Assembly: GCA_963782025.1 (NCBI GenBank)
Contig: CAWAIB010000005.1
Coordinates: forward strand, 483,919-547,918
Direction: 5' to 3'
DNA length: 64,000 nucleotides
From: an uncultured Solirubrobacterales bacterium
GTDB taxonomy: Bacteria; Actinomycetota; Thermoleophilia; Solirubrobacterales; Solirubrobacteraceae
The position numbers and the translations under genes are program-made. The number at the start of each line of letters is the position of its first letter. Position 1 is the stretch's first letter. Shown here in pieces: positions 1 through 8,893 of this stretch. The notes under the pieces were generated by a model. The model worked only from the letters and a program-made list of their open reading frames with translations. It ran no database searches and was not told where the DNA came from.

Positions 1-568
1 TCAGCTTCGCCGCCGAAGCGCCCGCTGGGCAGGGGCTCCTAGGGGTTGCGTGGTAGCGGCCCGTAATCGGTCTGGGTGCATCGGCCACGCACCCAAAACC
101 CCACAGAAGGTCTCCCGCGGCAGCTAATAACCGGCGCGCGCGACGCGCGCGCGTCGCCGCTCCACGCCCTCGACCGCGGGCTGGGGGCGGTCGCGGCGGA
201 CGGGGCGCAACACGGGTCCGAGCGAGCCTCCGACCAGCCGCAGGACATACGCTTCGCGCGTGAGGCTGTAGCGCAGCAGGGGCCGCAGCGGGAACAGCAG
301 CAGTGGCGGGATGTAACGACGCGGACGAGCCGTCGAGCGACGCATTTTGTCTCCTTTCCTCTACATGTCTCGGCGAAGCGCTCCTCGCGCTCGCCCCGGT
401 CCGGGACCGTCCTCCCAAAGCCGGTCCCGATGCGTTTTGGGGAGGTTTCCCGCGCGCGGGATCTCCGAAACTAAATTCACAACCGCGCAACACCCGGCGC
501 GTGCGGGCGCCGCTTTTCGACGCCAATCGCTGTTCTATGGAGCAGAGCGGGTCAAGCGTGGCGTACGG

Positions 569-2788
569 TCATAGCAACTCGGCGATGCGCTGGGCCGCGT
601 TGGCGGCGCCATCGGTCTCGACGTCGCGATAGTCGACCTCGCGGCCGATCTCCTGGGCTATCGCCGCCGCGATCTGCTCTGGCGGCGAGTCGTCGTAGTC
701 CATGCGGCGACCGGCTCCGTAGCGCTCGAGCCGGTGGCGAACGTGGAAGTTCTGCTCGAAGTGGTGGCGCAGCGGGAAGTAGAGGAAGGGCCGCTTGTTC
801 GCCGTCAGCTCCATCGTCGTGGTGAGCCCGCCCTGCACTACGGCGAGGTCGCAGGCGGCGAGGTGCCGGTAGAGGTTGTGCACGTAGGCGACCACCTCCA
901 GACCGGGGTGGGAGGGAAGCGAATCGGGGTCGATGCGGGGGCCGGCGACGACGATCATGCGCAGCTCCGGGACGCGCTCCTTGGCCTGCGGGAAGGCCGC
1001 CATGACCCGTGCCAGCAGGTCGGCGCCGACGCCGGAGCCGCCGACGGTCACGATGCAGACCTGCTCCTCGTCCGCGTAGCCCAGCTCGGCGCGCAGCTTG
1101 GCGCGATCGCTCAGGTCCGCGGGATCAAAGCCGGTGATGTAGCCGGTGAAGTCATAGTTGCGCTCGGCCCAGTCGCGGATCATCGGCAGCCCGGGCCCGA
1201 AGCGCTCGGGGACGATGTCATCGGGGTTGCCCACGAACAGCGAGAGGTCGCGGACCTCGGGGTGCTCGGCGATGTGTTCGATCCTCTGGGCGTTGAAGTC
1301 GGCGGTCAGGAAACATTCCCGCGCGTCCCCACCGTCCATCGGCAGGAACCCGACGAAATCGCTCAACCACACGTAAGGGACCCGCTTCTCGCTGGGGTTC
1401 TCGTGCAGGTAGTAGTCGAGCTCCCATGCCTCGTCGCCGATCCAGAGGTCATAGCGCTGCTCGCGCACGACGTCGTGGAAGACCATGAAGTTGGCGGCGA
1501 GGATCTCGTCCATGCGGCGTATGGCCTGGAAGGCGTGCAGGTCGTGCTCGGCGGACTCCGATTCGATGTGCTTGGACTCGCTGGCCAAATGAGTGCTGGC
1601 GGGGTGGATGCGCTCGCCCTCTGCCTGAAGCACTCGGGTGACGGGGTCCTGGGCGAGCCAGTCGATCTGCAGGTCCGGCTGCAGGCGGCGCAGCTCGCGG
1701 GCGATCGCCACGTCGCGTTGGGCGTGGCCGAGCCCGATCGGCGATGAGATGAAGAGAGCGCGGGGACGGCCATCGGGTCGGTAGACGGTGGGGTCGCACG
1801 GTGTGCGCGGACGCCTGAAGGCGTCCTCGGCGAAGTCGCGCAGCGCCAGGTTGAAGGCGACCGGCTTGCGGGCGTGCGGCAGATGGCCTGAGCCTCCCAC
1901 CACGTTGAGTTTTCCGCCGCTCAGCCGTGCGAGCGCCCGGCCGTCGCGGGTCGCCGAAATCTTGTCGTGCTCGCCGTGGATGACCAGTACCGGGCAGTCG
2001 AGGTTCTGCGCCAGCTCGCGCAGGGTTCGCCGGCCACGGATGAACTCACCATGTGCCGCCGATGCGCTCAGGGTCTCCGGATCGCTGTCGAGCATCCATC
2101 CGACGCCGTCCTCGATGGCCTTGGCCGAGTGGGGCTCGGGCAAGCATCGCGCGACGAACCAGCTAGCGAACCGTGGGAGATCGTGGCGCCAGTGAACCGG
2201 GTTCATGTGCGTCCACCCGACAGGCTTGGGTGAGTGAACCGAGCGGGAGAGAGATTGGGCCAGCGGGTCGGTGAAGAGCGAGTTCTTAGACAGGGTGTAG
2301 GGGAACAGCGGCCCGATGAACACGGCGCCGAGCACCCGCTCGGGCGCGAGCCGTGAGAGCTCGAACTGGTACTGCGCGCCGGTGGAGAGACTCGCCATCA
2401 CCGCTCGCTCGGTGCCGGTGGCGTCCATCACAGCCAGACAGTCACGGGCGAACTCCACGGGTGCGTAGCGCTTGGGGTCACGGCAGCGATCGGAGCGCCC
2501 ATTACCAAGGCCGTCCATCGTGAGCACCCGAAAGTGACGCGCGAGGTAGTGGATCTGCATCTTCCAGTGGCGCGAGTGCGCCAGCGACCAGGTCGGCAGT
2601 AGGAAGATCGTCTCCTCGCCCTCGCCGTAGACCTCATAGAACAGCCGCTGGCCATCGCGTTCGACGAAGCCCTCGCTGTCGGGATAACGAGCGCGGCTCT
2701 GCTCGGGCGCCGCGCGGAGTGCTTCCACGTCGAGCGGCGGTGACCCCGCCCTAGAAGTCTGGATTCTCATCGAGCCCGCCCCTTTCAT
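569..2788 (-). CDS. alpha/beta-hydrolase domain fused to GT-B glycosyltransferase (MurG/GT28-like C-terminal domain)
   Basis: 739-aa ORF. N-half has hydrolase-fold strings (IFLLPTWSLAHSRHW, VMASLSTGAQY, PVLVIHGEHDK). C-half has GT-B strings (LFISSPIGLGHAQRD, CIVTVGGSGVG, AVVQGGLTTTMELTA). 4-nt start/stop overlap (2785-2788) with the upstream methyltransferase ORF. Confidence 0.75.
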   Translation of the reverse strand: MKGAGSMRIQTSRAGSPPLDVEALRAAPEQSRARYPDSEGFVERDGQRLFYEVYGEGEETIFLLPTWSLAHSRHWKMQIHYLARHFRVLTMDGLGNGRSDRCRDPKRYAPVEFARDCLAVMDATGTERAVMASLSTGAQYQFELSRLAPERVLGAVFIGPLFPYTLSKNSLFTDPLAQSLSRSVHSPKPVGWTHMNPVHWRHDLPRFASWFVARCLPEPHSAKAIEDGVGWMLDSDPETLSASAAHGEFIRGRRTLRELAQNLDCPVLVIHGEHDKISATRDGRALARLSGGKLNVVGGSGHLPHARKPVAFNLALRDFAEDAFRRPRTPCDPTVYRPDGRPRALFISSPIGLGHAQRDVAIARELRRLQPDLQIDWLAQDPVTRVLQAEGERIHPASTHLASESKHIESESAEHDLHAFQAIRRMDEILAANFMVFHDVVREQRYDLWIGDEAWELDYYLHENPSEKRVPYVWLSDFVGFLPMDGGDARECFLTADFNAQRIEHIAEHPEVRDLSLFVGNPDDIVPERFGPGLPMIRDWAERNYDFTGYITGFDPADLSDRAKLRAELGYADEEQVCIVTVGGSGVGADLLARVMAAFPQAKERVPELRMIVVAGPRIDPDSLPSHPGLEVVAYVHNLYRHLAACDLAVVQGGLTTTMELTANKRPFLYFPLRHHFEQNFHVRHRLERYGAGRRMDYDDSPPEQIAAAIAQEIGREVDYRDVETDGAANAAQRIAELL

Positions 2789-3855
2789 GCCTTCAGTTCG
2801 TAGAGGACCGAGAAGGGTTCCTCGATCGGGAGCTTGCGAAACTGCGTGAAGCCGGCCGCGTAGGCAAGCTCGCGCGCCTTCTCCTGACCCATACAGGCAC
2901 CGATGCCCGCGCCTCCGTGGGCGAGCGAGGTCGTCATGCAGTAGAGGGTGCTGACGTTGTAGAGGAGCTTGCCGAGTGGGTTGCGATTCTCCTCCACATC
3001 GCCGGAGGCGTTCATCTCGAGCATCAGGTATGTGCCGTCAGCTCGCAACGCTCCACGGATCGCGCTCATCAACCCGACCGGGTCCACCGAGTCGTGCACG
3101 ACGTCGAACGTGCTGATCAGGTCGAATCGGTCTTCTGGCAAATCGGCGCCGTCGCTGACGGTGAACGTCACCCGGTCGGCTACTCCTTCTGCCTGCGCGC
3201 TTGCCCGTGCTCGCTCGATCGAACCCGGGTGCACGTCGTAGCCGTGAACCTCGGCCGCCGCCAGCGCCTTGGCGAGCGTGATCGGAGCGCGACCGCACCC
3301 GCAACCGACGTCGCAGGCCGACCCGCCCGCCTCCAGCTTCTCCTGAACGCCGGGCATCGCCGGGAGCCACGTCTGGACGAGATGGTGCTTGTACCACGGC
3401 GCGGTGGCGCGTTCGATCGCCTCGTACATGTCGGGCAGGTACTGATCCTGGGTGACACCCCCACCGGTCTTGAACGCCTCGGCCACCGCCGGTGCGACGG
3501 TGACCGTCGGGACGATCATCTGCAGGAATCCGCCGGTGAAGAACGGGAACTCCTCGTCGGCGAGTGGCAGAGCGTGCTCGGGCGGCAGGTAGTAAGTGTC
3601 GGCCTCGCTGTCGTGCTCGATGTACTCGGCTGTCGTCATCGACCCGAGCCACTCGCGCAGGTAGCGCTCGTTCAGACCCGTTTGCCCGGCGAGCTCAGTC
3701 GCCGTCACCGGCCCGGACCCCGCCAGTGCGGCGAAGATGCCGAGGCGGTCGCCGATGTACACCAGCCCCCCACGCATCGCGGTTCCGACGTCGAGCACGA
3801 TCCGCTGCACGAACGCTTCGAGCTTCTCCTGGTCGAGTTGCACCTCGGTAGCCAT
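2785..3855 (-). CDS. class I SAM-dependent methyltransferase with N-terminal winged-helix-like domain
   Basis: 356-aa ORF. SAM motif I ACDVGCGCGRAPITLA, then VHGYDVH and FDLISTFDVVHD. N-terminal ELAGQTGLNERYLREWL resembles the wHTH of small-molecule methyltransferases. Confidence 0.85.
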   Translation of the reverse strand: MATEVQLDQEKLEAFVQRIVLDVGTAMRGGLVYIGDRLGIFAALAGSGPVTATELAGQTGLNERYLREWLGSMTTAEYIEHDSEADTYYLPPEHALPLADEEFPFFTGGFLQMIVPTVTVAPAVAEAFKTGGGVTQDQYLPDMYEAIERATAPWYKHHLVQTWLPAMPGVQEKLEAGGSACDVGCGCGRAPITLAKALAAAEVHGYDVHPGSIERARASAQAEGVADRVTFTVSDGADLPEDRFDLISTFDVVHDSVDPVGLMSAIRGALRADGTYLMLEMNASGDVEENRNPLGKLLYNVSTLYCMTTSLAHGGAGIGACMGQEKARELAYAAGFTQFRKLPIEEPFSVLYELKA

Positions 3856-3995
3856 CTGTGTCTCCCTTCGTGGTTGTACTTTCTAAAAGGCACTGTCCCA
3901 GGGCTCCGTGGCGCCAGCGCGAAGCGCGCGCGAAAGGTGCGTGAATCCGTGCAGATCTGCTCGATACCGCGCGTCAACCCGCGTAGGCTGCGTCG

Positions 3996-6900
3996 ATGCT
4001 GCGCGTAAGGCTGTTGGGAGAGATGACGTTCGAGGTGGACGACGGGCAGCTCGAGTTGCCTTCCAGCCGCCGCGCGCGGTCGCTGCTCGGCGTGCTCGCC
4101 CTCGAGCGGCGCACCCACCCGCGCGGCCAGCTCGCGGCGCGCTTCTGGCCCGACGTGCTCGACGAGAGTGCGCGCACGAGTCTGCGCAGCGCCCTGTCGG
4201 CGCTGCGGCGCGCGCTCGGCGTCGACGCCGATCGCTACCTGCTCTGCACCCGCGACGCGGTGGCGCTCGCCGGCCCAGATCGCGTCTGGACCGACATCGA
4301 CGAGTTCGACCGCCGGCTGGGAGAGGGTCGTCTCGAGGATGCGCTCGAGCTCTGCAGGGGCGATCTGCTTGAGGATCTCGAGGACGACTGGGTGTATGAG
4401 CGACGCGACGAGCACCGTGCCCGCGTCCTCGCGCTGCTGGAGCGCATGGCCGCCGACGCACAGGGCGCGGGGAACCTCGCCGCGGCGCTCGCTCTCACCC
4501 GCCGCCAGATCGCGCTCGACCCGCTCTCCGAGGACGCTCATCGTGAGCTGATCCGCCGCCTGGTTGCCAGTGGGGACCGTTCGGCGGCGCTCACCACATA
4601 CCGCCGTCTGACGGAGCGGCTCGCCTCAGAGCTCGGGATCGCGCCCTCGCAGGCCACGCGCGAGCTGATCGAGGGGATCCGCGCCGGCGAGCCGTCGCGG
4701 CCGCTCGCCGCGCCGCCACCGGACTCGGCGGCGCCCGTGCCGCCACTGCCTGCGGCGTCCGGTGAGCCGCGGACCGGCACGGTGACCCTGTTGTTCACTG
4801 ACCAGGTCGGCTCCACCGAGACGCTCCAGCGAGTGGGCGATGAGGAGGGCGAGCGTCTGCGGCGCGCGCACTTCGGCCTGCTGCGCGAGGCGGCTCAGAT
4901 GCACGGCGGCGAGGAGGTCAAGAACCTCGGCGACGGGCTGATGGTGGCGTTCGCGAGCGCGGTCGATGCTGTCGTGTGCGCGATCACGATGCAGCAGGCC
5001 GTCGACCGCGCCCGTGCCAGCGGCGAGCTCGAATTCGCGGTTCGCATCGGCTTGAACGTCGGCGAGCCGATCCGCGACGAGGGCGACTACTTCGGCACGC
5101 CGGTCGTGATCGCCAAGCGGCTCTGTGACGCCGGCGCCCCCGGGCAGATCCTCGCCTCGGAGCTGGTGCGTGCCCTGATCGGCACGCGCGGCGGGTTCGC
5201 CTACCGCGCGCTCGGGGCCGTTCCGCTGAAGGGCGTCGCCGACCCGGTCGGAGCCTGCGAGGTGATCTGGGAGGCATCGACCGAGGTGCGTGTCCCACTG
5301 CCCCCGCTGCTGGCCGGCGAGGATCGCGGCGCGTTCGTCGGCCGCTCCGACGCGGCCGCTGCCCTACAGGCGCAGTGGACGGAGGTCCGCGAGCAGGGCC
5401 TGCGCGTCGTGGTGCTCGCGGGCGAGCCCGGGATCGGCAAGACGCGCCTGGTAACCGAGTTCGCGCGCACGGCGCACGACGACGGCGCGACGGTGCTGGC
5501 GGGCAGCTGCCACGAGGAGACCCACATTCCCTACCAGCCGTTCGTGCAGGCGCTGCGCCACTACATCGCCTGCTGCCCTCCGGCCGAGCTGGCTGTGCAG
5601 ATCACGCCACGGCGCGCGCAGCTCGCCGCGATCCTGCCAGAGCTCGAGGACGCGCGTTCCCCGTACGGACCGACGGGCCTTGGCGCCGAGCAGGAGCGCT
5701 TCCGCCTGTTCGAGGCGGTCTCCTCGCTGCTTGCCGACGCCGCGCATCTTCGCCCGCTGGTGCTGTTCCTGGACGACCTGCACTGGGCCGATCAGTCGAG
5801 CCTGCTGCTGCTTCGCCACCTCGCACGTTCGGCGAAGGGCGCGCCGTTGATGGTGCTGGGCACCTACCGGCCGGTCGAGGTCGGCGACGAGCACCCGCTC
5901 GCCGAAGCGCTCGCGGAGCTGCGCCGCTCGCGGACCGTTGAGCGGCTGGCGTTGTCGGGGCTCGGTGAGGGGGAGGTCGCCGAGCTGATCGCGGGTCGCA
6001 CCGGGCTGAAGGCGCCAGGCGGGTTCGTGCGCCGTGTCGCGGAGCGCAGCGAGGGCAATCCGTTCTTCATCGAGGAGCTGCTGCACGATGTCGATGCGCA
6101 GTCCGGTTGGGACGCGGCCGCGGGCGGCGTGCCCGAAAGTGTCAGGGACTTGCTCACCCGCCGCCTGCGCGGCCTGGGCGATGACTGCCGTCAGGCGCTC
6201 TCGGTGGCCGCGGTCGCGGGTCGCGAGTTCGAGCTCGACGTGCTCGAGCGTGTCCTTCAGCATCCACGCGATCGCCTGATCGACCTCGTTGAGGAGGCGA
6301 TCGACGCCGATGTCCTGGTCGAGCCCGCGCAGTCGGTGGGGCGGCTCAGCTTCTCCCACGCGCTCTTTCGCGAGACGATCTACGAACAGCTCTCGGCTAC
6401 CCGCAAGGCGCAGGTCCACGGCCGCATCGCCGCCGCGATCGAGCAGGCGCCCACGGACCGTCCCGACGAGCGCGCCGGCACGCTCGCCTACCATTACCGT
6501 GCCGCCGGCGAGCTGCGCAAGGCGTTTGACTACCATCGCCGCGCCGCCACGGCGGCGCAACGGGTCCACGCCCAAGAGACGGCACTCGTGAACCTGCAAG
6601 GAGCGATCCTCGCGGGCGAGATGCTCGGTATGACGGCGGCCACCGAGGAGACGATCCGCGACCTCTACGGCGCTCGGGCCTGGACGCTACGCCTACTCGG
6701 CGAGCCCGAGCGCGCCCTGCCCGACCTCGAGCACGCGCTGGAGGGCGCATGCGCCGCGGGTGACCGCGCGAGTGAGATGCGGGTGCGCAACGAGCTGGGG
6801 AGGCATTGGCACGTGCGCGATCCGCAGACCTCGCGCCGCTATCACGAAGAGGCGCTGCGGATCGCCGAGGAGCTCGGCGACGAATCCGGCCAGGTCAGCG

Positions 6901-8063
6901 CGCTCAACCGCCTTTCGCTGGTGCTCGCCAACGAGCTGGAGTTCGCCGAGGCGGTCGAGCTGGGCGAGCGGGCGCTACAGATTGCCCGCCGCGCCGGCGA
7001 CGAGCTTGCCGTCAGCCAGGCGATGGACGGCCTCAAGTTCGCCGCGCTGGCGCTCGGCGACCTCGAGCGCCTGGAGGAGCTCTGCGCAGAGCTCGAGCGA
7101 TCCCAACGCCGCCGTGGCGACCTCTGGTATCTGCAATGGACGCTGTGCGAGTCCTGCTACATACCGCTGGAGCGCGGCGACTGGCAGGAGGCAGAACGGC
7201 GTGTAACGGAGGCGCTCGCGATCAGCGATCGCGTGGGGGGAGAACGCGCCAGCGGAGTTCTGTTTCGCGAGGCGTCGAGCTGGATCGCGCGCTGTCGCGG
7301 CGACTATGCACGATCCTTGGCGTTTGGCCGTGAGGCGCTCGCCGCCGCGGACACGCCCGAGGCCGACTGGCTCGGCTGGGCCGCGGCGGGCCTGGCGAAT
7401 CCCCTCCTGGACCTGCGGGCGGCTGAGGAGGCTGTCGCTGTCCTGCAGCGCGGGCTTGCCGCGGCCGAGCGCAACCGGTCGCGCGGGCAGATCTTCCGCT
7501 GCCTCGGAGCGCTCTCTTCGGCCATGCGTATGACGGGCGCCGACACCCAGGCGGATGCCCTCTCCGAGCGTGCGCGGCAGATCGCCGAGCAGGTCACGAC
7601 GCCGCCCGGAAAAGTCGACTTTTGGGGCGAGCAGGCTTACTGCGCGATCGCCGAGACCCAGCTGGCGGCCGGCGAGATCGAGCGCGCCGAGAAGACCATG
7701 CGGGACCGGCTGAAAGCTTGGGAGCAAAGCCAGGCGCAGCGCTCGATCGCAATGACCACCCGCCTTTTGTCTCGCTGCGCGGAGGCTCGAGGAGACTGGG
7801 CAACCGCCGCGGGGATGCTCGCCCGCGGCGCCGAGGCGGCCGGCGATCAGGGCCTGCTCTGCGAGCGCTGGCAGATCCAAGCCGGGCTTGCCCGCGTAGC
7901 CACGGCGGGGGACAGGCTCGTGGAGGCCGAGGATCACAGGCTCCGCGCGCGAGAGCTGATCGACACGATCGCGGCATCGGTCGGCGAGGAGCAGATCGCC
8001 GCGCGGTTCCGTGAGCGCGCGCTTGCCGAGATCGACCACCCGGGACCGACGCTAGGTCATTAG
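3996..8063 (+). CDS. multidomain regulator: SARP/BTAD - class III adenylate/guanylate cyclase - AAA ATPase - TPR
   Basis: 1355-aa ORF. N-terminus MLRVRLLGEMTFEVDDG plus DPLSEDAHRELIRRLVASGDRSAALTTYRRLTERLASELGIAPS (BTAD). Cyclase strings TVTLLFTDQVGST, KNLGDGLMVAF, RIGLNVGEP. Walker A LAGEPGIGKTRL, Walker B LVLFLDDLHWAD. Long helical-repeat C-terminus. Confidence 0.85.
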   Translation: MLRVRLLGEMTFEVDDGQLELPSSRRARSLLGVLALERRTHPRGQLAARFWPDVLDESARTSLRSALSALRRALGVDADRYLLCTRDAVALAGPDRVWTDIDEFDRRLGEGRLEDALELCRGDLLEDLEDDWVYERRDEHRARVLALLERMAADAQGAGNLAAALALTRRQIALDPLSEDAHRELIRRLVASGDRSAALTTYRRLTERLASELGIAPSQATRELIEGIRAGEPSRPLAAPPPDSAAPVPPLPAASGEPRTGTVTLLFTDQVGSTETLQRVGDEEGERLRRAHFGLLREAAQMHGGEEVKNLGDGLMVAFASAVDAVVCAITMQQAVDRARASGELEFAVRIGLNVGEPIRDEGDYFGTPVVIAKRLCDAGAPGQILASELVRALIGTRGGFAYRALGAVPLKGVADPVGACEVIWEASTEVRVPLPPLLAGEDRGAFVGRSDAAAALQAQWTEVREQGLRVVVLAGEPGIGKTRLVTEFARTAHDDGATVLAGSCHEETHIPYQPFVQALRHYIACCPPAELAVQITPRRAQLAAILPELEDARSPYGPTGLGAEQERFRLFEAVSSLLADAAHLRPLVLFLDDLHWADQSSLLLLRHLARSAKGAPLMVLGTYRPVEVGDEHPLAEALAELRRSRTVERLALSGLGEGEVAELIAGRTGLKAPGGFVRRVAERSEGNPFFIEELLHDVDAQSGWDAAAGGVPESVRDLLTRRLRGLGDDCRQALSVAAVAGREFELDVLERVLQHPRDRLIDLVEEAIDADVLVEPAQSVGRLSFSHALFRETIYEQLSATRKAQVHGRIAAAIEQAPTDRPDERAGTLAYHYRAAGELRKAFDYHRRAATAAQRVHAQETALVNLQGAILAGEMLGMTAATEETIRDLYGARAWTLRLLGEPERALPDLEHALEGACAAGDRASEMRVRNELGRHWHVRDPQTSRRYHEEALRIAEELGDESGQVSALNRLSLVLANELEFAEAVELGERALQIARRAGDELAVSQAMDGLKFAALALGDLERLEELCAELERSQRRRGDLWYLQWTLCESCYIPLERGDWQEAERRVTEALAISDRVGGERASGVLFREASSWIARCRGDYARSLAFGREALAAADTPEADWLGWAAAGLANPLLDLRAAEEAVAVLQRGLAAAERNRSRGQIFRCLGALSSAMRMTGADTQADALSERARQIAEQVTTPPGKVDFWGEQAYCAIAETQLAAGEIERAEKTMRDRLKAWEQSQAQRSIAMTTRLLSRCAEARGDWATAAGMLARGAEAAGDQGLLCERWQIQAGLARVATAGDRLVEAEDHRLRARELIDTIAASVGEEQIAARFRERALAEIDHPGPTLGH

Positions 8064-8790
8064 CTGAAGGCGCCAATCGACCTCGAGACCGAGCAGCTCG
8101 AGGATCTGCCAGCGATCCGAAGTCCTTCTGCAGTGGCGCTATTTGACTGCCATAGGTAAACACCGCCTCGAGCTTGCTGGCATGGTCATCGGTTCCCAGC
8201 CGGTGCACTGCGGCCACCATCCGCTCCACCGCAAGGCCGGTGGTTTCGAGCTGGGTCGCCCATGCCTCGCTCGCCACATCGGCGCCCGTACGCGCCCCGC
8301 CATTGAGCACCCACGCGGGCCATCCGTCCATCGTCGCGTGAGGAAGGTCGGCATACAGCGCCACGTCGGCGCCCTCTGCGTGGAGCGCCAATGCAGCCGC
8401 ACGCACGGCGGCGTGGTCGCGATGAACGTCGCCCAGGCTCGCCGGCGCATATATCAGGGCATCCTCGACGAGCACTTCGCGCAGCGCCCGCACGATCTCT
8501 CCCGGCGCCTGGTCGCCCTCGCGGTACTGCCCGTCCAGGAACGGCAGGTTGACCGTCGCGTGGCCGGTGCGCGCAAGCGCCCGGCGGTCCTCCTCGACAC
8601 GCGTGCGGACCACCGCGGCCGAATCGCTCGCGCCCGCGAGCTGATCCCACCAGCCGAGCGTGCCGGCGGGAGGCTCGCCCGCAAAGACGTTCACCACGAG
8701 CACCTCGCCGGCGCTCGCCAGCACGTGCCAGCACGACAGCACCGCGTCGTCGAAGTGGGGCGAGAGGATCACCGTCGTGTCGGGACTCAT
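7594..8790 (-). CDS. PIG-L/LmbE-family deacetylase (3' end uncertain)
   Basis: N-terminus MSPDTTVILSPHFDDAVLSC and LGDVHRDHAAV fit the PIG-L zinc-deacetylase signature. Only the first ~235 aa look protein-like. The last ~160 aa are Arg/Pro/Ala-rich and antisense to the 3' end of the 3996..8063 gene. A +1 frame entered near 8105-8125 ends RWQILELLGLEVDWRLQLMT* at 8052. Confidence 0.65.
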   Translation of the reverse strand: MSPDTTVILSPHFDDAVLSCWHVLASAGEVLVVNVFAGEPPAGTLGWWDQLAGASDSAAVVRTRVEEDRRALARTGHATVNLPFLDGQYREGDQAPGEIVRALREVLVEDALIYAPASLGDVHRDHAAVRAAALALHAEGADVALYADLPHATMDGWPAWVLNGGARTGADVASEAWATQLETTGLAVERMVAAVHRLGTDDHASKLEAVFTYGSQIAPLQKDFGSLADPRAARSRGRLAPSANDLASVPGGRSRQARAHGTARRSAPRRPMPRSCRSALARGACDPRPPRACPPPWLRGQARLGSASARRAGPDRRPPRRRGRASPRRLPSLLEPPRSETKGGWSLRSSAAPGFAPKLSAGPAWSSRRARSRRPPAGSRRSRSKPARPKSRLFRAAS

Positions 8791-8893
8791 CGTTGCTCAC
8801 TATCGCCCGCGTGCGTGTGGCCACCGTGAAACCGTCGCGAAAGCTTCTTGCTCCCTGTGATGAAAAAGCCTAGATAACCAGTGCCAGAGCGGC

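Noticed and set aside
124-474. ORFs 76..474 (+) and 124..345 (-) at the left edge
   Set aside because: Arg-rich and overlapping each other, with no motifs or translation signals. There is not enough evidence to call either one.
5364-8039. Long minus-strand ORFs 5364..6599 and 6975..8039
   Set aside because: Antisense to the well-supported 3996..8063 gene, with low-complexity composition typical of GC-rich shadow frames.
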